NCBI GenBank assembly: GCA_041690135.1
Contig: JAWLHY010000015.1
Coordinates: 128,001 to 192,000, forward strand
DNA length: 64,000 nt
Reading direction: 5' to 3'
Origin: Armatimonadota bacterium
GTDB taxonomy: Bacteria; Armatimonadota; SYMT01
This document shows, piece by piece, positions 1 to 8,916 of the stretch. The translations under genes and the position numbers were made by a program. Under the pieces are notes generated by a model that was not told the DNA's origin, ran no database searches, and worked only from the letters and a program-made list of their open reading frames with translations. Position 1 is the first letter of the stretch; each line of letters starts with the position of its first letter.

Positions 1-4
1 ACGC

Positions 5-35
5 AAAAACGACCGCTCCGGGGAGCGGTCGTTTT
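5..35 (-). terminator. Intrinsic (probably bidirectional) terminator downstream of rpmB
   Basis: aaaacgaccgctc-cggg-gagcggtcgtttt perfect hairpin with A/T tracts on both sides. Confidence 0.75.
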
Positions 36-92
36 CAATGCGGTACGTGTCCCGCCGGCCTGAAGACCGGCGCCGGGAGAGAGGTCCGCGGG

Positions 93-305
93 TTAGACCC
101 GGGCAACCTTCCCAGCTTTAAGACACTTGGTACAAACGCGCACCCGCTTCGGCTGATCGTTGACCATGATGCGGGCGCTCTGCAGGTTCGGAAGCCAACG
201 ACGCTTGGTCCGCGGCGCGCGGAGCGCCCAGGAACCGGAATGCACGTGGCGAATGTTCTGACCGTACTGCGGACCCTTGCCGCAGAGAGCACACTGAAGA
301 GCCAT
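93..305 (-). CDS. rpmB: 50S ribosomal protein L28 (zinc-binding type)
   Basis: CxxCGK...RTKRRWLPNLQ...RVCTKCLK; strong RBS ggaggaggt. Confidence 0.95.
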   Translation of the reverse strand: MALQCALCGKGPQYGQNIRHVHSGSWALRAPRTKRRWLPNLQSARIMVNDQPKRVRVCTKCLKAGKVARV

Positions 306-460
306 CGGAAATACCTCCTCCCTCGACCCCGCATAGTATCACAGCCACCCGTTGATTGCAACCGGGGCTCCCGTGGAACGGTGAGTAGCCGGAGATCACC
401 TCCCGGCGGGGTGCCATGGGCGCCGGATGCGGGGCGGACGCAGGACTGAACTAACGAAGT

Positions 461-1630
461 ATGCAACCCATTGGCCAACTGGCCGTTCGCGTTAAGGTCG
501 TCGAACCGGAAGACCGCATCGCCAAAGCCGCGGAGGCGGTCCGAGCCTCGCAAGTCGGAGCGGTGCCCGTCATCGAGGACGGCCGTCTCATTGGCCAGGT
601 AACCGCGGACCTCCTGGCGGATTTCCTGACAGAGTTGGGGCCCGCCGGGGTGAAGGAACTCCGGATCGCCGATCTGCCGCTGGTCCCCTTGATCGCCCTG
701 CCCGAGAGCCTGGCTCCCTCGGAAGCGCTCCTGTTCTTTCAGACAAATGACCTGGAGAGCGCGGCGGTGGTGGACAACTCCGCGGGGTTCCTGGGATTGG
801 TCACCCGCGCGGAACTGGTAAGCGCCGTGTGCGGGGCCGTCCGTCCCCCGGTAATTGGGGGCATGGCCACCCCGTTCGGCGTTTATCTCACGGGCGGGGG
901 AGTGCGGGGCGGCGTGGGCGACTTCGCCCTGGTGACCACCGGCGTGTACCTCGCCTCTCTGCAGGCGGTGGCGCTGCTGGTGTCGGAGTACCTCTTTGCC
1001 TCGCCCTCCGGCCTGGTCTACCAGATTCCGGCCCTGGCCGAACGGTTGCCGGCAGTCCGCCTGCCGGTCGTCGATCTCTCCCTGATCGTTTTCGCCATCC
1101 TCTTCCGCCTTTCGTGGATCACGGGATACCATGCGGCGGAGCACCAGGTAGTGCATACGATCGAGGCGGGCGACGAGCTTTTGCCGGAGGTGGTACGCCG
1201 CAAGCCGCGCGAACATCCCCGGTGCGGCACGAACCTCGTCGCGGCCGTAATGATCATGACGTTCTTTTGGACCGCGAGCCGCGAGATGCTGTTCTATCCA
1301 TGGCTCGCAACGCCGTTGAGTTGGATCGACGCCCTGAACCCGGTACTGGCAATGTTCGTCACCTTCTTCTACTGGCGACGGTTCGGAGGTTGGATTCAGC
1401 GGAACATCACCACGCGTCCGGCCTCGCCCCGTCAACTCGACAGCGGCATTGCCGCCGGGCGTCAGTTGATGGAGCGGTACCAACTCCGTGCTATCGGGAG
1501 GCGACGCCGGTTCGATCGGATCTGGAATATGGGCCTGCTGCAGGTCCTCGCAGGGTGGTTTCTCGTACTCGGCTTGATCTCGCTGCTCGGGATGGTGCTA
1601 CCGATTCCCGAGAGCTTGAAGCTTCTGTAA
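461..1630 (+). CDS. CBS-domain pair fused to DUF1385 (putative membrane metallo-protein)
   Basis: N-terminal CBS-like repeats (VPVIEDGRLIGQVT; VVDNSAGFLGLVT); C-terminal IGGMA...YHAAEHQ...HPRCGTN DUF1385 motifs; TM segments. Confidence 0.8.
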   Translation: MQPIGQLAVRVKVVEPEDRIAKAAEAVRASQVGAVPVIEDGRLIGQVTADLLADFLTELGPAGVKELRIADLPLVPLIALPESLAPSEALLFFQTNDLESAAVVDNSAGFLGLVTRAELVSAVCGAVRPPVIGGMATPFGVYLTGGGVRGGVGDFALVTTGVYLASLQAVALLVSEYLFASPSGLVYQIPALAERLPAVRLPVVDLSLIVFAILFRLSWITGYHAAEHQVVHTIEAGDELLPEVVRRKPREHPRCGTNLVAAVMIMTFFWTASREMLFYPWLATPLSWIDALNPVLAMFVTFFYWRRFGGWIQRNITTRPASPRQLDSGIAAGRQLMERYQLRAIGRRRRFDRIWNMGLLQVLAGWFLVLGLISLLGMVLPIPESLKLL

Positions 1631-1652
1631 CAGAATAGTGAAGGCGTAATCG

Positions 1653-3335
1653 ATGGTGGTAAGAGAGCAACTGATGGCGGCCCTGGCGGGCGCGCGGGAT
1701 CGGGTAAGTGCGGACTTGAGACTGGCGCCGGAAGCGCCGGTCGAGGTCCGCTTGAGCGTTCCGCCCGGCGCGGATGCCGCGGACTTCTCCTCCGATCTGG
1801 CCCTGGACCTGGCCCGGATGGCGCGCCAACCCGCCGCGGAAGTGGCGCGCGCCCTGGTGGAGCATCTCGAACCGGTAGCGGAAGGGTTGGAGTGGGTGGA
1901 GCGGCTGGAGATCACTCCCAGTGGGCTGGTCAACTTCCACCTGCGATCGGACTGGGTTCGCGAGGCTATCCGGGAAGCCTGCCGGCAGGGGGTGCGGTAC
2001 GGTCGTTCGGAAGTAGCGCCGGAAGCCCAGGAGGAGCGTATCCAGGTAGAGTTCGTCAGTGCGAATCCCACCGGCCCGCTCACCATCGGCCACGGACGCG
2101 GCGCGGCCCTGGGAGACGCGATCGCCAATCTCCTGGAGTGGACCGGCCGCGGGGTGACTCGCGAGTCGTATGTCAACGATACCGGCAAGCAGATCGAGCG
2201 TTTCGGTCAGGCTCTCGAAGCCGCCTACCGGCGGCGCCTGGGTGGGTCGGCGGCCACCAGTAACGCTGCGGACGATCCGGCCGCGGAATACGCCGCCGAA
2301 ATTGCCGCCCGGATTCAGCCGAAGGCCGAGTCCCGCTGCGCCGGTCTTCCCGCCGAAGAGTGGCCTCGGGTTCTGGCGGAGTTGGGCGCCGAACAAGTGC
2401 TGACCGACCACCGCGCCGTGCTGGAGCGGTTCGGCGTCCGTATAGACGAGTGGCGCTCGGAGGCCGACCTCCTGGCCTCGGGCCGGTTGGAAGAGGCGAT
2501 CCAGACGCTTCGCACCAACGACTGCGTTTACGAAGCCGAAGGTGCGCTGTGGCTACGCGCCACCGCGAAGGGAGATTCGGAAGACCGCCCGCTGATCCGC
2601 AGCAACGGTCAACCGGCCTACCTGGCGGGGGACCTGGCCTACCACCTGGATAAATTCAGCCGGGGCTTCGACCGGGTCATCGATATCTGGGGACCGCATC
2701 ACGCGGAGTATGTCCGGCGTACCCTCGCGGGAGTCCGGGCCTTGGGTTGCAACGCGGACGCGCTGGAGATCGTCGTTTTTCAGCCCGTCTCCGTGAAGAT
2801 CGAAGGGGTAGTGGTCCATTCCGGCGAGGGTGGCGCCCGCGCGGGGAACAACTTACTCCTGGATCAGGTCATAGAGAAGGCAGGCAGGGGCACTCTTCGT
2901 TTCCTCTACCTTTCTCGCCCGGCAAACCAGCCGCTGGAGCTCGACCTGGATGCCCTGGCGGGTACGTCGAACCCGGCTTACCCCGTGCTCTGGGCTTACG
3001 AGGAAGCGGCTGTGTGTGCCGGTTCGGATTCCGTCTCAAGCGCCCAAACGGCCGAAGTGGAACTTGGAGAGTTGTCCGATCCGCGTGAAGAAACCCTGAT
3101 GCGCCGGTTGGCCGATTTTCCCGATCAGGTAGTGTTGGCGGCCCGAGAGCGGGATCCTTCGCGCCTCACCCGTTACGCACTGGAGACCGCGAGAGAGTTT
3201 GAAGCGTTCCGAGCCCTTCTGGCGTCCGGGCCGGAAGCTGGAAGTATCAAACCGGCCCACGCGGCGGTGGCACGCGCCACCCGCGTGGTGCTGGGCAACG
3301 CACTGGCAATCCTGGGCATCGTCGAACAGGAGTAA
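1653..3335 (+). CDS. argS: Arginine--tRNA ligase-like protein (divergent, see findings)
   Basis: VEFVSANPTGPLTIGHGRGAALGD, YVNDTGKQ, DLAYHLDK; KMSK and anticodon-domain motifs are degenerate. Confidence 0.75.
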   Translation: MVVREQLMAALAGARDRVSADLRLAPEAPVEVRLSVPPGADAADFSSDLALDLARMARQPAAEVARALVEHLEPVAEGLEWVERLEITPSGLVNFHLRSDWVREAIREACRQGVRYGRSEVAPEAQEERIQVEFVSANPTGPLTIGHGRGAALGDAIANLLEWTGRGVTRESYVNDTGKQIERFGQALEAAYRRRLGGSAATSNAADDPAAEYAAEIAARIQPKAESRCAGLPAEEWPRVLAELGAEQVLTDHRAVLERFGVRIDEWRSEADLLASGRLEEAIQTLRTNDCVYEAEGALWLRATAKGDSEDRPLIRSNGQPAYLAGDLAYHLDKFSRGFDRVIDIWGPHHAEYVRRTLAGVRALGCNADALEIVVFQPVSVKIEGVVVHSGEGGARAGNNLLLDQVIEKAGRGTLRFLYLSRPANQPLELDLDALAGTSNPAYPVLWAYEEAAVCAGSDSVSSAQTAEVELGELSDPREETLMRRLADFPDQVVLAARERDPSRLTRYALETAREFEAFRALLASGPEAGSIKPAHAAVARATRVVLGNALAILGIVEQE

Positions 3336-3341
3336 CACCCC

Positions 3342-5963
3342 ATGCAGGTAATCCGCTCGATGGCAGGCTGGAAAGTCCTGCTCGCATACGCCGGCGTGCT
3401 GGCCATGGCTCTTCCCGGCGCTGTGCGCGCAGACAAGGGCATCAACGACGGCGCCTTTCGCGACCACACCGGTAAGGAGCACACCTGGACCCTCGAGCGG
3501 AGCCACGTTCTCACCTGGAATGGTCAGCCCTACACCCCCGCGGGGCTCGTCTTCTATTCCCAGTATCTGAAACAGCCTTCCGCCGCAGCGCTCCAACAGG
3601 ACCAGCAGGAATTGGATCGCCTGAAGGCCGCCGGCGTGCAAGACCTCTGGATCGACCCGCAGCGTGGCCTCCTGGAAAACTCGACGGAACAGGTTCAGGC
3701 CGTGCTCGACTCGGTGGAGAGCCGGGGGTTCCGCTACGGGCTGCGTATCGGCGACCGGTCGCGCGAGCCGTTAATCGGATTCAGCCCAACCCTCGCTCCG
3801 GAGCCGGTGACCCGGGAGGAATTGCGGCCAGGCGGCAGGGTAGTGCGACGCCTGCGACCCGAAGCCGGCCGGCGGGTGATCTACAACCTCGTGGGCACCA
3901 GCGAGGATTTCCGCACCCATAACTGGACACTGGCGACCGGTGAGACGGTAGTCGCCGGCGACGCCGCCCAGATCGAAGTCCAGCTCAAGCCAAAGTCCTC
4001 CTTGCTGGGGAAGGGTCCCGGGTTGCTGCTCACCGTTCCGGAGGTCCAGGTGGAGCCGGAGGAATTGGGTAGTTTCGGCGACCTCTGGGAAGGCATGGAA
4101 GGTTACGCGGGACGGCTGACGCGCCACTTGAAGGCGCTGCGGTTCGGTCCGGGCTTCCGTTTCTTCCTCGACCCCATCGCGGCCGGAGACGGCACTATCG
4201 GGCAGGAAGACGGGATATTCCCCTCGTCCCACGTGTTCCGCACCGGGTTCAAAGAGTATCTCCAGCGCAATGGGGGGGTCAGCACCCTCAACATCCGGTG
4301 GCGCACCACCGACCGCCAGATTCTCACGGTCGAGCACGCCGCTCGCGTCATCCCGATGTGGGCCCGCAACGATCCGCCCGACGGCGACGGCTGGCTGTTC
4401 GATCCGGAAGACAAGGTCGCGTATCGCTGCATCCCCAAGGACAGCCGCATCTGGGACGACCTGGAGAATTTCCGTGCGGAGTGGCTCCGGCGCTGGATGA
4501 ACAACATCTCCAGCTCCATCAAGCAAGACGGGGTCAACGCGCCGGTCCTGTTTTCCTGGGCTTCCTATCACCCCATCTTCAACAACACGCCGGCCCCGTC
4601 CGGGTATGACGGTCTGGGCGCCCAGATCTACGGCGCGCCGGATACGGTGGCCCGCACCGCCGCCGCCTTTGCCCTGGCCCAGGTCGAGGAAGCAGACCGC
4701 AATACCTGGCTCATTGCTACCCGCCTCGCGGGACCGATCGGCGAGAACGGGGAGCCCACTCCACTCCGCACCGCGGAGGACGTTCGCAAGAGTTGGCAGG
4801 CGATCCGCGAGGCGGGCTTCCGCGGTTGCTTCCTCGATCCCCGCCAGCTCCCCGATGCGACCGCGCAACTCAAGGCACTGGCCGCGCAGGTGAGCGCCGA
4901 CCGCACCGCTATGGCCGAGAAAGTGCCGGTGATGTTCTTCCCGATGCCGTTGGCCACTTCCGACCGTCTGGCACGGCTCCAGACCGGCGTGTGGTGGCTG
5001 CCTTCGGGAATGCCGGCCCGCCTCCTGCGTTACGGCGACGGGATCATGGGATACCAGATCGACCGCCCGTTCGGAGAAGAACATGTGGTGAGAAATGCCG
5101 TCGTCATGTGGTCGACCGACGGTAAGCGGGACGCCACCTTCTACTATGACGGCCTCAGCCCGGTGGACGTTTACGACAACACCGGTAAACAGCTCAAGTT
5201 GAAGATGAAGAAGGGACAGCTCAAGCTGGCCCTGAGCGAGGAGCCGATTGTCGCAACCGGCCTGGACCCTATCGCCCTCTTCCCGCTGGAACTGGCCGTC
5301 ACCCACCTCCAGGAGTTCGACGATTTGCTGAGTGCCGCGGAAGCCCAAAAGCTGGACACCAAGTCGATGCGGTTCCTGTTCGAGGAAGCCAAGAAGTCCC
5401 TCGCGCCGAATAGCGCGGGCGCGGTCTACAACTCGATCCTCCCTTACCTCATCTCCCTGCGACAGGCCGTTTCCCCCTTCGTCTGGCTGGAAGGCGAAAA
5501 CACCTCCGGCCATAACATGAACGGCATTGCGTTTCTGGCAGGCAGCAGCAACGGTACGTATCTCAAGCTGGATAAGAAGAAGGCTCCACCTTCCGGCTCC
5601 TATCGAGTCCGGTACGTGTTCGAGATCCGGCGCGACGCCACGTACGAAATCTGGATCGCGGGAAAAGTTCCGGGACGACCGGGGGTTTCTCCGCTGGTAT
5701 GGCAACTGGATGAGGAGCCTGAAGCCCAGGTTACCAGCGCCAGCCCCCACGGCTCGGACTACACCCCCGGCATGGCCTGGTATTCCCTCGGCAAGACAAC
5801 CCTGAAGGTAGGACGGCATACTCTCAGCCTGCGGGTGCCGGAGAGTTCCGCCACCGCCGAAGGGAAATACGCCGGAGGGATCGACGTGATCATGCTGACG
5901 CGCGATGGCTCGAAGCCCAGTGGCATCGACAAGCCGTACGGCAAGCTCCGCGCCTCCAAGTAA
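3342..5963 (+). CDS. Large secreted hypothetical protein, possible glycoside-hydrolase-like barrel plus C-terminal beta-sandwich
   Basis: Signal peptide ending AVRA-D; 873 aa with typical codon usage; aromatic-rich; C-terminal YEIWIAG...GRHTLSL...GIDVIML. Confidence 0.65.
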   Translation: MQVIRSMAGWKVLLAYAGVLAMALPGAVRADKGINDGAFRDHTGKEHTWTLERSHVLTWNGQPYTPAGLVFYSQYLKQPSAAALQQDQQELDRLKAAGVQDLWIDPQRGLLENSTEQVQAVLDSVESRGFRYGLRIGDRSREPLIGFSPTLAPEPVTREELRPGGRVVRRLRPEAGRRVIYNLVGTSEDFRTHNWTLATGETVVAGDAAQIEVQLKPKSSLLGKGPGLLLTVPEVQVEPEELGSFGDLWEGMEGYAGRLTRHLKALRFGPGFRFFLDPIAAGDGTIGQEDGIFPSSHVFRTGFKEYLQRNGGVSTLNIRWRTTDRQILTVEHAARVIPMWARNDPPDGDGWLFDPEDKVAYRCIPKDSRIWDDLENFRAEWLRRWMNNISSSIKQDGVNAPVLFSWASYHPIFNNTPAPSGYDGLGAQIYGAPDTVARTAAAFALAQVEEADRNTWLIATRLAGPIGENGEPTPLRTAEDVRKSWQAIREAGFRGCFLDPRQLPDATAQLKALAAQVSADRTAMAEKVPVMFFPMPLATSDRLARLQTGVWWLPSGMPARLLRYGDGIMGYQIDRPFGEEHVVRNAVVMWSTDGKRDATFYYDGLSPVDVYDNTGKQLKLKMKKGQLKLALSEEPIVATGLDPIALFPLELAVTHLQEFDDLLSAAEAQKLDTKSMRFLFEEAKKSLAPNSAGAVYNSILPYLISLRQAVSPFVWLEGENTSGHNMNGIAFLAGSSNGTYLKLDKKKAPPSGSYRVRYVFEIRRDATYEIWIAGKVPGRPGVSPLVWQLDEEPEAQVTSASPHGSDYTPGMAWYSLGKTTLKVGRHTLSLRVPESSATAEGKYAGGIDVIMLTRDGSKPSGIDKPYGKLRASK

Positions 5964-5984
5964 CAGAGGCTCAGATCGCCTGCA

Positions 5985-6962
5985 GTGCAACTGCAGGCGG
6001 AAACTTCGCGCGTAAGCCTGCCCGTACGGGTGGTACTGCGCTCCTTACTCGATCCCATGCAGCGACGTCTCTGGCAGCGCGGACCCGACGGCGAGATCAT
6101 CCGCGCTGCGCCCGACGAGATAACTTCCCAGGAGGGTCTCACCCCTGGCGAGTTGGAAAGCGGCGAGCCCGAGCCACAACCCCGACGGCGGGCTCACCTC
6201 GGTCTGGCACTTCGTCTCGGCTTTCGCGACACCTACGACTATCTCGGCGCCGTGCTCGTGATGAGCCTGGCCGCTGCGCTCATTCCCATGGCCGGGATGT
6301 TCGGCGGATATGCAGCCGGCACCGCGCTATCCTCTCCATTTCCCGACCGCCTGAGTGCACTCCTCGCCATTCTCATGGCCCTGCTCGGGGGGGCGGCCGT
6401 GGGCGGACCGGTCGCCGCCGGCCTCTACCGGTTCAGCCGGAACGCTGCGGCGCGTTCCGAACCCGAGGTCTTTGACCTGGGGTGGGGGTTCCGTTCCGCT
6501 CTTGGGCGCAGCGTGGGCCTGGGGCTGATCCAGGCACTGGGCGCCGCGCTCCTGGCGGGCAACGGCTACTTCTACCTGTTCCAGCGGCAAACGGTGTGGG
6601 TGGTGCTCGGCGCCATCTTCGGCTACCTGCTCCTTTTCTGGCTCCTGATGCTGCTCTATCAGTGGCCGCTGTTCATCGAGCAAGATCTGGCGCCGGTGGC
6701 GGCGGTGCGGAAGTCCGCGCTCCTCGTGCTGGACAACTTCGGCTACTCGCTCGGCGTCGGGCTGGTGGCCGCCCTGCTCAGTGTCCTGCTGTGGGCTTTC
6801 CTCGTTCCCGGCGTGCTGCTGTGGGGCGGCGCCATGGCCCTGATCTCCACGCAGGCCACCCGCGAACTCCTGCGCAAGTACGGGGTGCTCGGCCCCGATC
6901 CCACCCTCGACCCCATCGCCGACGAGACCCACGAGTTCGGCGGCCGCGGCTGGCACGAGTAA
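5985..6962 (+). CDS. Integral membrane protein (DUF624/YesL-like)
   Basis: About 6 TM helices; LYQWPLFIEQD...RKSALLVLDN pattern; start uncertain. Confidence 0.6.
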   Translation: MQLQAETSRVSLPVRVVLRSLLDPMQRRLWQRGPDGEIIRAAPDEITSQEGLTPGELESGEPEPQPRRRAHLGLALRLGFRDTYDYLGAVLVMSLAAALIPMAGMFGGYAAGTALSSPFPDRLSALLAILMALLGGAAVGGPVAAGLYRFSRNAAARSEPEVFDLGWGFRSALGRSVGLGLIQALGAALLAGNGYFYLFQRQTVWVVLGAIFGYLLLFWLLMLLYQWPLFIEQDLAPVAAVRKSALLVLDNFGYSLGVGLVAALLSVLLWAFLVPGVLLWGGAMALISTQATRELLRKYGVLGPDPTLDPIADETHEFGGRGWHE

Positions 6963-7022
6963 CCTTCTGCGCGATTCCTGGGTATCACGCACCGGGAAGG
7001 GCGAAGGAAGAAGGAACACACG

Positions 7023-7523
7023 ATGCTCGCACGTGAACGCGCCGCCGCGCCGGTGCACCCGTGGGTGGGGCTCGCCGGCTTCATCCTGCTGTGCCTGGCG
7101 GCCGGCTGGATCGGGTCAATCTTTACGGGGTCGTCCGTGGACACCTGGTATCAGACCCTCCAAAAGCCGCCCTGGAACCCGCCCGAATGGGTCTTCGGTC
7201 CCGTCTGGACGGTGCTCTATGTGCTGATGGGCATCGCCGCCTGGCTCGTTTGGCGGGAGTACGGTTTCACGGGCGCCCCCGTGGCGATGGGTCTCTTCCT
7301 CACCCAACTCGCGCTCAATATCCTCTGGAGCGGTATCTTCTTCGGCCTGCGCGAACCCGGCTGGGCCGCGGTCGAAATCCTCTTTCTCTGGGCAGCCGTA
7401 CTCGGCACCATGGTGCTGTTCGGCCGCCTCAACCGGGCTGCAGGCTGGCTCTTCGCCCCCTACCTGGCCTGGGTAACCTATGCAACCACGATCAATTTTG
7501 CAGTCTGGTGGTTAAACAAATGA
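7023..7523 (+). CDS. tspO: TspO/MBR tryptophan-rich sensory protein
   Basis: WYQTLQKPPWNPPEWVFGPVWTVLY, LNILWSGIFFG, PYLAWVTYA. Confidence 0.95.
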   Translation: MLARERAAAPVHPWVGLAGFILLCLAAGWIGSIFTGSSVDTWYQTLQKPPWNPPEWVFGPVWTVLYVLMGIAAWLVWREYGFTGAPVAMGLFLTQLALNILWSGIFFGLREPGWAAVEILFLWAAVLGTMVLFGRLNRAAGWLFAPYLAWVTYATTINFAVWWLNK

Positions 7524-8263
7524 AGCAAGTATTCAACCGCGATCGTTCACGCGACAATCTTGAGGCAGGGTGTTGCAACCATTCCAGGTGCACACAGAAC
7601 CCGCTCTGCCCCAGACCCTCATGCCTCAAGGATGACGGATCACGCGGCCAAAGAACGAGGAGCGTATCCAATAGCCGGTCGCACGCTCTACGCACGACCC
7701 TCCTGTCAGTGGTCTTGCTAGGGCTCCTCGCTGCCGGTTGCGAGCAGCGCGTCCAGATGGCGCCGCGGCAGCGACCGCAGCCCGCGCCCACCCAGCCAAC
7801 CCCATCAAAACCGGAGACGACGCGTCCCGCGCCCGAGGGTCCGGAGGCACAGACGCAGCAGTTGGGGCAGATCGAACAGGACATCTTCCGACGCATTAAT
7901 CAGCAACGCCAGGAAGCCGGACTCGCCCCGCTGGAGAATAACTCGCGCCTCCGACAACTGGCCCGCGACTACAGCCGGCAGATGGCGCGCCAGAACTTCT
8001 TCAGTCATGTCAGCCCGGGCGGGGAGAGCGTGGTGGACCGTGCCCAGGAAGCCAATCTCCGGTACAGCTACATCGGGGAGAATATCTTCAAGAGCGTGAA
8101 TGCTCCCCTCAACCGCCTGCCGAACATTGCCGTGCAGGGCTGGATGGACAGCCCCGGCCACCGCCGGAACATCCTCCGCGAGGCCTTTACGGAAACCGGC
8201 GTAGGCGCCTGGCGGCAGAACAACACCGTCTACGTCACGCAGGTGTTCCGCCGCCCACGGTAG
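7520..8263 (+). CDS. CAP/SCP-domain lipoprotein (start uncertain, may be near 7660)
   Basis: Lipobox LAAGC; INQQR...FFSH...GENI...GWMDSPGHRRNIL...GVG. Confidence 0.85.
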   Translation: MKQVFNRDRSRDNLEAGCCNHSRCTQNPLCPRPSCLKDDGSRGQRTRSVSNSRSHALRTTLLSVVLLGLLAAGCEQRVQMAPRQRPQPAPTQPTPSKPETTRPAPEGPEAQTQQLGQIEQDIFRRINQQRQEAGLAPLENNSRLRQLARDYSRQMARQNFFSHVSPGGESVVDRAQEANLRYSYIGENIFKSVNAPLNRLPNIAVQGWMDSPGHRRNILREAFTETGVGAWRQNNTVYVTQVFRRPR

Positions 8264-8489
8264 GCGAGGCGTCTGTAATCACGGTGAACTCGTCCGGGGA
8301 AAGCTCGATGTAACGCTCTCCCTCCATCTCGAACTGAATACCATACAGGCGCCTGCCGCCACCACCGAGGTGTCCGCGGTCCTCCACGATGGTCCCTTCG
8401 CGGGAATATGGCCCGAACTGAAACTTAACGCGGGTGCCCTCGGGTAGGCCCTTGCTCCTGACCGGGTTGCGCACAACGGGGTGTACCAC
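8235..8489 (-). CDS. Small hypothetical protein, SH3/KOW-like beta fold
   Basis: GTG start with AGGAG RBS; GTRVKFQFG...GTIVEDRGHLG...RRLYGIQF alternating strands. Confidence 0.55.
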   Translation of the reverse strand: MVHPVVRNPVRSKGLPEGTRVKFQFGPYSREGTIVEDRGHLGGGGRRLYGIQFEMEGERYIELSPDEFTVITDASPTVGGGTPA

Positions 8490-8693
8490 TGGGGCGCTCC
8501 TGATGGATCGCTTGCCACAATTGCCTTGATTATCCGCGCCCACCTCACACCACGGCACGATCGACTCCTGACAAGTAGTATGAATGGTGAGCGAGTTTCA
8601 CCCTCTGAGCCGTAGCGGATCGAAATGCTAAAGGGGTGCAAGCGCCCCAGTCCGAGATTCCGCATCCAGGTTTTCCGCAGGAGTGCCCGTTTG

Positions 8694-8702
8694 TGGTATG
8701 CT
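8694..8702 (+). promoter_or_regulatory. Extended -10 promoter element (TGgTATGCT)
   Basis: TGn + TATGCT about 7 nt upstream of the rod-shaped RNA. Confidence 0.5.
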
Positions 8703-8708
8703 TGGCCC

Positions 8709-8883
8709 CGTGACCCGGTGTATTCCGCAGTGGACGACTACAACCTCCTGAAAGGGATCGAGTTGGAGGCTGGCGTGAAGTTGGCGGCTCAAGAGTTCGT
8801 GCCTACAAGCCGAAGCGTCGCTCGATTTCCTACCCCCTTCGTCCCTGTCTTTGTATTCCACTGTGGACGACAGTGGCCACACG
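8709..8883 (+). ncRNA. ssrS: Probable 6S RNA
   Basis: About 175-nt rod: gtgacc/ggccac, ccgcagtgga/tccactgtgg, central bubble acaacctcctgaaa, gggatcgag/ctcgatttcc, cggct/agccg; promoter immediately upstream. Confidence 0.6.
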
Positions 8884-8916
8884 ACAGAGAGCCTTCGTAC
8901 TTGCCCAGGGTGAACG

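Noticed and set aside
3771-5990. Long antisense ORFs (this 739-aa one, also 35-1483, 41218-42978, 52367-53950, 58802-61162)
   Set aside because: Shadow frames of real GC-rich genes on the opposite strand, with no recognisable motifs
8700-8916. T-box leader for alaS
   Set aside because: No GGTGGNACC T-box and no terminator; the rod structure fits 6S RNA better
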